From the human T2T-CHM13v2.0 reference genome, Homo sapiens: DNA of 64,000 bases. Within the stretch, counting starts at the first letter, position 1. The number at the start of each line of letters is the position of its first letter. The position numbers and the translations under genes are program-made. This document shows, piece by piece, positions 33,243-47,351 of this stretch. The notes beneath the pieces are model-generated. The model was not told where the DNA came from. It saw only the letters and a list, made by a program, of their open reading frames with translations, and made no database searches. The stretch lies in assembly GCF_009914755.1 (NCBI RefSeq), contig NC_060947.1. One strand, written 5' to 3'.

Positions 33243-34377
33243 AAGGGTGGTCGTTTAAAGGTTAACCTTTCCCAGAGGCTGAGAGTTGTAAAGAGACCAC
33301 TAATTTGGGCAGTATTAAGAAGTGCTTTACCTGAGGGCTGTTGTGGTATGCTAGTTTTATTTGCTTCAATACATAAGGGACCTTCTTGCTGATAAAGTCT
33401 GGCAGGTTTTGGATCATCTCCAGATGTTTTCTAGAGCCATGTATGAGATTGCAGATGTGAATATTGTTCCAGTGAGAGGATACTGAAAAAACTGATTTCT
33501 AGATGCTGAGTCTGGTAAAAAGAATGTATTGAAGATGCAACATACAAGCAAATATTGGAGCCAAACCAACAGTAGCTAAGTGGAAAGGCTTTTCTGCAAA
33601 ATAGGAGGGTGTACAAATACAGAAACAATTTGGCCCTTAATGCTCATTTTGGCAAGGTGAAATAAAAATGCAAGCGCCAGTGACAACAGAGTCCAATCCT
33701 AAATAAAAGGAGAAACCAGTCACAATATGAGGAGAAATGAGTTGGTTTCCTTTTGCCTCCAGTCTTATTTTGTGGTGCCAGGGATCATGTCCAAGCTGTC
33801 AGAATACCCATGAAGAAAATATCCAGAGCAGCAACAACAGGACTGAGGTACCACCGCAGTTCTCTGCTTATCTAAACAGACGCATGAAGCCAATTTCAAA
33901 GTATGAATTCAACCTGGTCTTTGGTTTTCAGCTAACTGCCTAACTTCTACCACCCCTTGCTATTGGTGAGAAAGAGCTGAGGACAGCTGATTCAAAGAAC
34001 TCTGAGTTGGTGGTAGTGGGAGTGGGTGAAAAGAGTTTTACAAAAAAACTTCATATACATTTCCAAAGCACAGTGGACACTACTTGTGCACTTTGCAATA
34101 CCAACCAAACGAAGCTTCCATCTGGCAGAAAAATGCAGTAACTGGAAAAGTTTTGAAGCCAAGGGGACACAGTTGCATGACATCTAAATGCCAAAAACTT
34201 GTTCATTCCACTTAACTGTTAAGTGATTGGGAGTAACTGATAGCTCTAAAAAGTGTAATATGTTTGTAATTGTGAAATGCTAAATGCTAAAGTAATGGTG
34301 CCAGTAAAAGTGACATTGGTAACTTTGGAAACTCTGCAAAAAAAGGATCCTTGAAGGTGTTTTTGTCACATAGACAC

Positions 34378-34552
34378 TAGAGCAGTGTTTCCTTTACTTG
34401 CCTGTACATCAAATTTGCCAAAGAAACATTTAACTTAGAAATTTTTTGGCTCTACTTCTTGGAGATTCTGGATTGATGTCTAAGATCCAGAATCTATTTT
34501 TTTACTCCCAAGGGATTCTGATGGCCAGTCAGTTTTGTGAACCCTCAAACTA
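34378..34552. mobile_element. MER5A-like DNA transposon fragment
   Basis: TAGAGCAGTGTTTC...GGAGATTCTG...GGGATTCTGATG..TGTGAACC. Confidence 0.55.
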
Positions 34553-35111
34553 GATGACTTGAAGGAGGCCTACAGTTTATGTAAATAAACGTCTGAAAGA
34601 AGGATGTTCAAGGAACAAAAAGTTAATTACTGTTTAGAATAATATAGTACTTTGGCCCCAGATGACAGAATGCAGCTGAATTGAAGGTCTTGGAAGACAG
34701 ATTCTGGCTCAGCACAAAGAGGAACCCTCTCACAGTTAGATTTGAGAAGACCAGTGAAAAGCTGAAAATCCAAGTACAGTCATCAATGGGGTGATAAGTG
34801 TGGGGACCAGATTGTTGTTACATGTATAAACATATCCAATTGAATTGTGGCTTCTGGTGGCAATGAGTGTCTTCTTGTCAATGAATGTGTTCAAACGCTA
34901 TGAGAACAGTTTTATCAATAGAGCAATTACCCTTTAATTCACTCCGACCTGCATTCTGCCTCCACTGTTCTGCTAACCTTGCTTTTACTATGTGTCTGTC
35001 TCCATACTGAAAAAATTTTTTAAAAATACTTTTTGTGATGTTAACAGCTAATGTTTATTGAATGCATAGTGTTTACCAGGTATTATTCTATACAATTTAG
35101 TTGTTGCATTT

Positions 35112-36163
35112 TTTCCTATTACTGATACTTTATTTAAACAAGAAAGTACAATTTCTTAAGGGGTTTCATAGTTGAAAAAGCTACAATTACATCATGTTGT
35201 AAATACATTTTTAAGTTTTTTTCAATTATAACGTTTAAAAAACAATGCTGTAAATGGAACTGTTTGGCTTTGACTATATATATTTCTTCATAGTCTTTAT
35301 GGTATCTGCACAAAGAAATATCTTCTACCTTTGTTCCAGTTAATTGTTATATGTAAGTTGCTTTTTATTCCAGTGTATCCAGAGTGGTGAAATAACAAGG
35401 CCAGCCATGTTGCCAAAGTTTGCTCCAAGCATATAGGAGGAGATGGGCCATATGTACGAGCTCACTGACATCGAGAATGTTACATATCCTCTAGGTGTTA
35501 GTTTCCTTATCTGCCATGGTCTTTTTCAATCCAGTGGTATAGAAAGTACTCCAAGACATGTTCCCACAAAACTAGAAATTGTACTGATCTGGATACTATT
35601 CTCCCAAGTGAATATAACTCCCTTTCCAGTGAAAACTCTTATCCATGCTTTGAGATTTGGTCCTAACAAAAATAAACTTGGTAGAGTAGTAAAAGCAGAC
35701 AAAATAACCACAAATAAAAATGTTTCCATCTTCAACTCTAATGGTGGCTCTCCATATAGAACAAAAATTACATGAATTACATGCAAGAAACAAGGCATAA
35801 GAAATTAATACAGCATTCCAAAAATCCGGTCACCTTGTGTGATAATAAACTTCTTTTAGAGGATGCATTTGGCTTCACTACTAAATATAATACTTGATTG
35901 ACAGCAGTTAGAAAAACACAACAGATGCACAACCGTATTAAGTGTGCTTCCAATATTGAGAAGTTCTCCAAAAAGAATGATGGAATGAAGATGATCAGGC
36001 TAATTGAAAACATGCATAAAAGATGATTATACAATAGTCTCTTGATATCAGTGTCCTTCATTGTGTTTTCTTGGGTGGCTATCTGACTCTCTCACCTGCA
36101 AAAGGAAAAGGACACTGCGGCCTTCTGACATCAGGTATGACTCCCTGCCCTGATCTTTCTACG
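35112..36163 (-). pseudogene. PIGF: Processed pseudogene of PIGF (GPI-anchor biosynthesis class F)
   Basis: CDS remnant 36061 to 35340: MKDTDIKRLLYNHLLC...HVIFVLYGEP...GPNLKAW...PLD*KRPWQ...WPI...PLWIHWNKKQLTYNN*. Intronless, frameshift near 35790, Trp-to-stop, AATAAA (35129-35134), short poly-A, TSD TGTTG(C/T)ATTT at 35102 and 36164. Confidence 0.95.
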
Positions 36164-36307
36164 TGTTGTATTTAATGCCTCCAAGAAACCTATAAAGTAA
36201 GTAATATTCTCGTCTAATTTTACAAATGTAGAATCTGAGGCAAAATGAGGATAAATTATTTTCTTAAGGTCCCATAACTAATAGACTACAGTTGATATAT
36301 AATCTAG

Positions 36308-38725
36308 ATTATAATATAATAGACTGCAGTTGATATATGTTATATATATAATATATAATATATGTTATATATATAATATATAATATATGTTATATATATA
36401 ATATATATGTTATATATATAATATATATGTTATATATATAATATATATATTATATTTGTTATATATGTTATATATATGTTATATATATAATTATATATGT
36501 TATATATATGTTATATATGTTATATATAATTATATATGTTATATATTATATATAATATATATGATATATAATACGTATTATATATAATATATATGATATA
36601 TTATATATAATACGTATTATATATCATATATATTATATATCATATATATAGTTATATATTATATATTATATATGATATATATTATATATTATATATTATA
36701 TATGATATATATTATATATTATATATGTTATATATGATATATATTATATGTTATATATTATATATGTTATATATTATATATTATATATGTTATATGTTAT
36801 ATATGTTATATATTATATATGTTATATATGTTATATATTATATATGTTATATATTATATATGTTATATATTATATATGTTATATATTAAATATAATATGT
36901 TATATATAATATATGTTACATATTATATATGTTACATATTAGATATATGTTACATATTATAACACAGAACACACATGTTACATATTATAACACAACACAT
37001 ATGTTACATATTATAACACATAACACATATGTTACATATTATAACATAACACATATGTTACATATTATAACACGTAACACATGTGTTACATATTATAACA
37101 CATAACACATGTGTTACATATTATAACATAATACATATGTTACATATTGTATATGTTATATAACATATAATATATGTTATATAATATATAACATATATTA
37201 TATGTTATATAACATATATTATATAACATATATTATATGTTATATAACATATATTATATGTTATATATTATACGTTATATATAGTATGTTATATATGTTA
37301 CATATGTTATATATTATATATTATATATGTTATATATTATATATTATATATGTTATATATTATGCATTATATATGTTATATATTATATATTATATTATAT
37401 ATGTTATCTATTATATATAATATATATGTTATCTATTATATATAATATATATGTTACATATTATATATTCTATATTATTATATATGTTACATATTATATA
37501 TAGAATATATACTTATATATATTATATATAAGTATATACTATATATAGAATATATATGATATATATTCTATATATAATATATATTTTATAATTATATAGA
37601 ATTATATCGTATATATTATATAATTATATAGAATTATATATATCATATAATATATTATATATAATTATATGTAATTATATATATTATATAATATATATAA
37701 TTATATATAATATGTAACATATATATAATATATATAATTGTAATATATAACATATATATAACATATATATAATATATAATATATAACATATATTATGTAT
37801 GATATATATGTTATATATTATGTATGATATATGTTATATATTATATATGATATATGTTATATATTATATATGATATATGTTATATATTATATATGATATA
37901 TGTTATATATTATATATGATATATGTTATATAATATATGATATATATTATATATGATATATGTTATATAATATATGATATATATTACATATTATATATTA
38001 TATATGTTACATATATTATATATGTTATATATTTAATATATTATATATGTTATATATATTATATTATATATGTTATATATTATATATAATATATTATATA
38101 TGTTATATATTATGTATAATATATCATATATAATATATTATATAATATATTATATATGTTACATATTATATATGATATATGTTATATATTATATATGATA
38201 TATGTTATATATTATATATGATATATGATATATATGATGTATATTACATATTATATATTATATATGTGACATATATTATATATGTTATATATTTAATATA
38301 TTATATATGTTATATGTTATATATAATATATTATATATGTTATATATTATATATAATATATTATATGTTATATATAATATATTATATATTATATGTTATA
38401 TGTTATATATAATATATTATATATGTTATATGTTATATATATTATATATGTTATATGTTATATATAATATATTATATATGTTATATGCTATATGTTATAT
38501 TATATATGTTATATGTTATATATAATATATTATATAGGTTATATGTTATATATAATATATTATATATGTTATATATATTATATATGTTATATGTTATATA
38601 TAATTTATATATGTTATATGTTATATATAATATATTATATATGTTATATGTTATGTATAATATGTTATATATGATATATATATAATATATTATATATATT
38701 ATATAATAGACTACGGTTGATATAT
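36308..38725. repeat. About 2.4-kb AT-rich low-complexity/minisatellite array with orientation switches
   Basis: Units such as TATATGTTATATAT, TAACACATATGTTACATATTA and TATATGATATATGTTA. Confidence 0.97.
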
Positions 38726-38849
38726 AATTTTTGTTGAGTTCCAGCTATGTCGAGGCACTGTTTTAGGTTTTAGAATTTCGACAGTGAATAAAACAAAATT
38801 CCGAGTTTTTGTTTTTTTTCCCCAGAGTCTTGCTCTGTCGCCAGGCTGG
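38726..38849 (-). repeat. Inverted copy of 29871-30001 (Alu 3' end plus L2 flank)
   Basis: Reverse complement matches CCAGCCTGGTGACAGAGCAAGACTCTGGG...GTGCCTCGACATAGCTGGAACTCAACAAAAATT. Confidence 0.96.
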
Positions 38850-39130
38850 TTCTAGCCAAATTCTAGAACCAGGACTCATAAATAGTCCACTACAGCCCTC
38901 TATTACCAGACCTCCGTGTAACATTTGGCATGACTGACCTCCCCCTCTTTGAAATACTCTTAGTTTCCTATGACACCACAATGTTGAGGTCTTCATCTTA
39001 CTTTGCCACTCATTCCTAGTTTCCTTTACCTACTTCTGTGCCCCTCACAAAACAATGACCTTATTGTATCTCTTGTCACCATTTCACTCTCTTTGTAGAT
39101 ATTCTCATCCACTCCTACAGTTTCACTGGA

Positions 39131-39425
39131 ATTTTTTTTTTTTTTGAGACAGTCTCTCTCTGTCGCCCAGGCTGGAGTGGTGTGATCATGGCTCACTGCA
39201 GCCTTGATTTCCCAGGCTCAAGTGATTCTCCCACCTCAGCCTCCTGAGTAGCTGGGACTACAGGTGTGCATCACCACCACATCTGGCTAATTTTAAAATT
39301 TCTTTTGTAGAGATGGGATCTCCCTATATTGCCAGTCTGATCTTGAACTCCTGAACTCAAGCAATCCTCCCACCCCAGCCTCCCAAAGTGTTGAGATTAC
39401 AGGCGTGAGCCACTGCACCCAGCCT
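39131..39425 (-). mobile_element. Alu (AluJ-like)
   Basis: CAGGCTCAAG J diagnostics; flanking repeat TGGAATTTTT. Confidence 0.9.
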
Positions 39426-39505
39426 GGAATTTTTATCTCTAGTTCAGGCCACTTTTTATATTATTTTATAAGTATATTTGAAATTCCTACATCAGAGCCT
39501 CATAG

Positions 39506-39826
<321 letters not shown>

Positions 39827-39904
39827 AGAACTCTTGATTTCCAACCTCTCTTTCAAGAACTGAGATAGGAATAACTTTAGTTTACATTCTTTTCTTTCTT
39901 GATG

Positions 39905-39905
<1 letters not shown>

Positions 39906-39947
<42 letters not shown>

Positions 39948-39957
39948 ATCTATCTAT
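39906..39957. repeat. (TCTA)n microsatellite
   Basis: Direct reading. Confidence 0.95.
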
Positions 39958-40344
39958 AGACAGACTGATACATTTCTATTAAATCTAATTTATCACCAAC
40001 TCGGGTCCATTCTACCTTCACAATATTTGGATCTGTTTAATTATTTCCAATTCACTGACACTAACCTGGCACAAGTTCACCTCTAATTGGACAACGGCAA
40101 GAATCACTTGATTAGCTCTTTGCTTAGACTATTTTCTCTTTTGAATGAGTAGATCTCCTTACAGAGAAGCTAGTTGTGGATGTTGTCCCCTTCTTCTTCC
40201 TGAATGCATTCCTTCAGGGTTAGGCTGGGGAATTTTTTTTTTTTTACCATAAACATCATTTTGGTATTATTGCATAATATTCCATCTTGTAGCTATATAT
40301 CATTTAATTATTTCTCTGCTTCAGATCATTTAAATAATTCCTAA

Positions 40345-40720
40345 TTTTAAAAACTTTAGATTTCATTTTTTAGAGAAGATTTAGGTTGACAGAAAAACTT
40401 AGCAAAATACAGAAGATTCCCATAGACACTCTCTTCCCTCCTTCCAGTTTTTTCTACTATTAATATCTTGTATCAATGTGGTATATTTGTTACACTTGAT
40501 GAACCAGTATTCATACATTATGATAAACTTCGTCCATAGGTTACATTAGAGTTCACTGTGTGATACATACATTTCTATGGATTTTGAAAAATGCATAATA
40601 TATCAGATATTAGCTATCATAAAAAACAGTTTCACTGACCTAAAAGTCCCCTGCATTCCAGCCTTCCAACCTCCCTCCTTGCCTCCAAACCCCTGGAAAT
40701 CTCTATTTTGACTTTGTTTT
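40345..40720 (-). mobile_element. L1MC-type 3' end
   Basis: TTTAGGTTGACAGAAAAA..GTGGTATATTTGTTACA..GATGAACCAGTATT. Confidence 0.75.
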
Positions 40721-41207
40721 TGCCTTCTCCCCATCTCTACCTGCCCACTGCCCCACGTCCACAAGCATAGTCAATTTCCAAGCACCATCACAAGAACTAA
40801 TACCTCCAAACACAGATTTTAGAGAAAGACAAGTGTAGCTTTATATTTTCTGTCTCCCTCATAGAATTTTAGGTCTTTGAGGAATCTTAGAGATTGTCTA
40901 ATCCAATGATTTTTGACCTTCAATATTTTTGTGTACAATTCATTATTCTATTTTTTTATTACAAGTGGAAGAAGGTAGGGGGTCTGAACCAACATGGAAT
41001 TTTATTTTGTAAGTAGAACAAGTGAACAGAGTTATAAACTGCAGAGCCGGAGGCATCAGGCCAGCTTAGTATAGTCTTGCAAATCAAATATCTTGCGGGT
41101 CTGCTTAGACCAGCTGCATGTCAGCCTGTGATTTCTGCAAGCCAGGAGCATGCACATACTTACAGGAGAGAAGAGTCAGAGGCCAAAGACACAATAAATA
41201 TTACATG

Positions 41208-41608
41208 GTGTGACGGTTAATTTTATGTATCAATTTTGCTAGGTAGGCCACAGTGACCAGATAGCTGGTCAAACATTATTCTGGATATTTTGGAGAAGAT
41301 GTTTTTTGGATGAGATTAACATTGAAATTGGTGGACTTTGAGTAAAGCAGATTGCCCTCCATAATGTGAGTGGGCTTCATCTAATCAGCTGAAGGCTGGA
41401 ATAGAACAAAAGGTAGAGAATTCTGTCAGCAGGCAGCCTTTGAACTCGAACTGCAACATCGACTTTTCTCTAGGTCTTTATTTTTGTGGCTTTCCCTGCA
41501 GATTCTGGACTTGCCAGCATCCATAATCGTGTGAGCCAATTTCTTAAAATAATTTTTTCTCTATATATGCATTCTATTGGTTCTGTTTCTCTTGAGAACC
41601 CAAATACA
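41208..41608 (+). mobile_element. MLT2 (ERVL) LTR
   Basis: TGTGACGGTTAATTTTATGTATCAA...GGTTCTGTTTCTCTTGAGAACCC..ATACA. Confidence 0.85.
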
Positions 41609-42094
41609 CCGAACTCAAAGTTGATGGGAAACAGTGAGTCATATTTTTTTGGTAGATATCATTGAGAGGATGTTAATTTTTGGTAGCCGTTTTTAAAATC
41701 CTACTTTCCACTGGACTACTTCTGGTTTCCACTGTGGAGTCAAAAGGTAGAGTGAAGAGAGTGGGAGATATGTGGGAAGACGGGGGTGGGTGAGTATTAC
41801 TGCCTTAGCTTCCTAACTTCCAATTGAATGTAACTCCCTCCGTGATGTATTTCCTCATAGCAGGCAGTGGCTTTCAAGATAATTACTTAGACTTCATGGT
41901 TCCTCAGAGTAATATGATTAATACTCCTGTGATGTGAGTAACGATGATGCATCTTCCTCAGAAAGGGGTTTTAAAACATCAGGTCTCATACAGTTTCTCT
42001 CTTGCATTTTTTTTGTAGCTCTTCAGCTTATAGAAAGCTACAGTATGAGACTAAAGAAGTAGGAAACTATAATTAAATCAGTCCTTCACTATTT

Positions 42095-42416
42095 TCTTTT
42101 ATTCTTTTTTTTTTTTTTTTTTTTTTTTTTTGTGAGAATGAGTCTTCGCTCTATCGCCCAGGCTGGAGTGGAGTGAAACGATCTCGGCTCACTGCAAGCT
42201 CTGCCTCCCGGGTTCATGCCATTCTCCTGCCTCAGCCTCCTGAGTACCTGGGACTACAGGCGCCCACCACCACACCCAGCTAATTTTTTGTATTTTTTAG
42301 TAGCGACGGGGTTTCACTGTGTTAGCCAGGATGGTCTTGATCTCCTGACCTCGTCATCTGCCCACCTCGGCCTCCCAAAGTGCTGGGATTACAGGCATGA
42401 GCCACCGTGCCCGACC
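42095..42416 (-). mobile_element. AluY-like
   Basis: Long poly-T; TSD TCCTTCACTATTTT. Confidence 0.93.
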
Positions 42417-42957
42417 ATTCCTTCACTATTTTCAATGTTCCAGAAAAGTGACATCTTTTCAGGTTGTCTTTTCGCTTTACAGGAAAAATATTAGCAAGGA
42501 CTTTTCAAAGAAAACTTCAAAAGAATCACAGAATTTCTAAGATGGGTAGGAAGGAATGGAGCTTTTTTCCTACCTTAAGAGAGATGGGAGAATTCATTAA
42601 AAAGGCAGGAAGAATCGTATATGGATTTTATTAGGAAATATCCATTTATTTAACAAATGCTTGGGAATGCTTCATTGTGTCAAAGGTCCTGTGATTCAGG
42701 ATCTGTTTACAGTGATGAGTAAGACATTGTCCCTAACTTCAGTAAGCTCATTATTTAGAAGAAAATTAGCCAGTCAAACAATTACTTATAATATAGTGTG
42801 ATAAGCACCATATTATTTCAGGGATGCAGAAATAAATCTGTGAAGAAATAACATTCAAGAGTTCTTTCAGGCAGGATAAAAATATGAATGAATGGCACGA
42901 GACAAAAGCGTATTTGTCAGGCACTGCATTGATAAATGAAGTTTAAAAAAAAATCAC

Positions 42958-43944
<987 letters not shown>

Positions 43945-45909
43945 TTAAAAATTTCAAATTTGAGATTTCAAGTTAAAGTAATGTCATGTCTTGGTTTTTA
44001 AAATCTTTCCAGAAGATTACAGAAAACAGAGAGAACAGAAAACAAAATAGTAAAGATGTATATGAGAGGCCTGATGAAGTAAATTATTGTCTTTTAAAAA
44101 ACATTAAATTGTTAAATTGTAAACAACGCTAAATAAATTTATAAAAATAAAGGCTGGTTGTTCAAATGTTCATAAGAAAATTTCAAATAGACCTATAATC
44201 TTCAAAGTCTTGCCAGAAATAGAAAATCATGTTTGTCTAAATGAGGTATGCCTTTGTGGTTGTTGAAAAGGGTTTTATGAATAACTTTAAACAAGTTATA
44301 TTTTCTTATTTGATCTAGTGAAATATCACCTTTTAGGATTATTCCAGCAAAACAGAAAAGAAATAATTTCCCTTGGTCCAAGGTATCTATACAGATTATA
44401 GAAAGAAATAAAAAAAGTGAAAGCATTAGGTGTATTATTTGACTTTGAATTTATTTCCTTTCTCTCCTTTATATGTCTGTAAACTACACTTTAAAAGTGT
44501 CTGACAATTTCCAAGGATAAAAAGGACAGGACTGCTGTCTCTTGTCTGAGCTGCACTGCAGGAAGCCACTGTCTGTGCTCACGAGACTGCAGCGAAAGCA
44601 TATGTATCCCTGTGAAATCGAAGTGATTGGACATTGTCCTAACAATGATTAAAATTTTGTTTTTAAAAAGAGTGTGGATATGGTAGATATGTGCAGACAT
44701 TCTTTTACCTTAGAGTGTAACAAATTACATAAATTAACTTCGTGCTGAGAAGTAGAGATATTACTCAATTGTAAGAAACCTCATTCTCAGGGAGAATTAT
44801 TGTACAATTGCCTCTGTTTTGAATGAGGCACTTCAGTGTGAATAAAAAGATACACATATTGCATTCTAGAAAGGAAAATAACAACTTCCCATAAAACTTC
44901 TCATGCTATCATTTTTCTGTTATTTTATGCAATTCAAAAGTGGCATGAGTGCAGATTGGAGAACTTTGCGAAAATCATAAATTTTCATTTTCAAAACAAT
45001 ACGCTTAACAATTGCATTAGCAGTAAAGAGTCTTCTTCTGAGCTATTGTTCATGATGACTATGTCTCGATGTGGAATTTGAAGGAATTCTAATATCAGCA
45101 GTCTGTGAACAATGTGAAAATCACTGCCTAAGTCTATTGCAGGCACAGTTCTTTTCCTTTTCATAGACTGGTAGAACTGATTTAAGACCTACAAAATAAT
45201 ACGAGAAATGAGCTTTTGAAGCATATTTGTCAAGCACTGGACTATATGCAGCAATGTGAAGAGAATAAACCAATTCTAAAGATGTAGGCATCTTGACATT
45301 GTGAATATAAAACATGGACTCACCCATCACCCATGCTTTCTTATCTAAGCCTGCAAAATGTCCATACATAGGAGCTGCATTCTTGGTCATACAGGTAAAT
45401 TAAGGTGGGTGACTAAAATTGTGTAGGATTTTTTAAAAATCAAACTTACCGTTCAAAATTATAGGAAGGCTTGAATAAGTATTATCCACCTTGATAAAAA
45501 CAATAGCCTTAATTTAATAATTATACTATAAGAAATACAAGGAAATGAATGAAAGACATAAATAACAGGAAATTCCAAAGGTGGAAAATGTCATATAGTG
45601 GTGCATGCTTTTTCATAGGCTTGAAGAAAGACAGTAAAGAAAAGAAAAAGGAGAGACAAATAAGTGGAATTAAAAAAAAAATACCTTTATGCACCTTCTG
45701 CGTATCTCAGTGCTGGAAGGACAAGAAGTGGGCATAAGGGGCAGACAAGCAAATTTGTCAGGATAGAATGTAAAAATCTCTGCAAGGCTGGCCTGAGGAT
45801 AGAACAAACTGCTTCTTCTGAGGTCCTATCCCCAAACACAAAATTGTTCTTTTGAGAACCATGCAAAAAAGCTCTCTGTAAAATATTTGAATGTTGTATA
45901 TATTGCCAG

Positions 45910-46360
45910 GGGGTTCTACTAAATTAGTAGCAATGGGCTTCTGTCCTTGACACAGTTACTGGGAATAAATTGACTTCCTACTGGACAAAATATATGAAAT
46001 GGCAGCTTTCAGACATTGGACAATAGACAGTGTATTAGGGAGATCCCCAAGAACAGGAAAACAAATGAAGCAAGCCCTGGAATGACCTCACCTTTCTGTC
46101 CCGAGGCACTTTCTGGAATTTGGTGCTTAGAGGGAGAACAAAAGCAGAGCATGGTGGTTTCTCTGAGTTGAACGGGAATTTGGGGAGGCTAGGATTTTGA
46201 AACAGAATAGCAGAAAGAAGGGAGGTACACAGAGAAAGAGCTCTGGAAAACTACCTTGGGGGTTCCCCTGAGCCTGCAGCTGAGTACTGTACTTGTATAT
46301 AGAGTAAAGTTCTGCAACGCTGGACACAGAGTGATCAGGGAATTCATAAGGAGCGATTCC
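45910..46360 (+). mobile_element. Old L1M 5' region fragment
   Basis: CTGGACAAAATATATGAA..TTTCAGACATTGGACAATAG resembles L1MC/MD 5' ends. Confidence 0.45.
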
Positions 46361-46724
46361 TAGCAGATCAAGTCTTTTTATCCATTTGTGTTACCCTTGA
46401 GCAAGTTGAGATTTTGATCCCTATTTTAGTGAAAAGGTGATGATTTTTAGTTTGAAATGTTATTGGAACATCTAAGTAGGCGTATGAAACTGACAAAAGA
46501 AGACACATTTTAAACACAGCTTTGTTGCAGTATAATCAACATACAATAAACTGTACTTATTTAATATATGTAATGTAATGAGTTTGGACATATACACAGA
46601 TGTGTGTTGAAAGTGGGTGATAGAATCTGAGACCCAGATCTGAGAGTCGATCCACAGAGGGCGTAACTGAAGTCAATTTCCTCAATATTCTCTTAGTGAA
46701 GGTATGTAAAGAGGTGTGAAAATG

Positions 46725-46970
46725 AACAATTACTAAGCATGCTTTGTGCCAGGACTGAAGTGGGTGCATTCATATGCTGTGTTACCTTAAAACATCCTAA
46801 CAGTCCTATTAGCTAGGCAATTGAATACCAATTGTAAGGATCAGATAATTGGAACTCAAAAAGGCAAAGTAATTTTCTAAATGTTCTACAATTGGAACCA
46901 ATAATTTACTCAAGATCTCAACAACAGTTACTCAGACATGTGTACTCTAAAGCCCAATCTCATCCCACTA
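46725..46970 (-). mobile_element. MIR
   Basis: TTACTAAGCATGCTTTGTGCCAGG...ACTCTAAAGCCCA. Confidence 0.55.
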
Positions 46971-47351
46971 AAATAGACTGACAGTGTTTCTGTACTGAGA
47001 ATCAGAGAGGGAAAGAAAATTGTCTTGATGCTCCCAAAGGCCTAACCTGGCCTATGGGTACTTTAACCTGGTCTCCCAATACTCACCTCTCATTCACTCT
47101 GGTCAGACAAAATGGATCATGGGTATTGCATGAAGACACAGAGCATATTCCTACCTTAGGTAATTACTCTCATCATCCCTTCCAGAAATGCACATTCCCA
47201 GGATATCTTTGCGGTTTACTTTCTCATTTCATTAAGGCTTCTGTTTAAATACTCATCCCCATGAAATTCTGCCTTACTGCCCCATCTAAAATAAGGATTT
47301 CTTCCATTCTCCATCTTTTTTACTTTGCTTTATTTTGCTCCATAGCACTTT

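Larger units (their letters stand above)
35045..38880 (-). mobile_element. One MIR split into three pieces (35045-35111, 36164-36307, about 38851-38880)
   Basis: Pieces are colinear with MIR: GCTAATGTTTATTGAATG.. / ..TTTTACAAATGTAGAATCTGAGGC..AAGGTCCCATAACTAATAG / TCTAGCC..; the third piece is short and least certain. Confidence 0.6.

Noticed and set aside
33745-33855. Possible exon (acceptor TTTCCTTTTGCCTCCAG)
   Set aside because: Donor is weak (GTACCA) and there is no recognisable peptide.
35443-35775. 110-aa plus-strand ORF
   Set aside because: Antisense shadow of the PIGF pseudogene.
36950-37150. Repeat units that superficially resemble a CRISPR array
   Set aside because: No unique spacers, eukaryotic context and no cas genes; it is a minisatellite.
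37202-38685. Tyr/Ile/Met-rich ORFs
   Set aside because: Translation artefacts of the AT-rich array.
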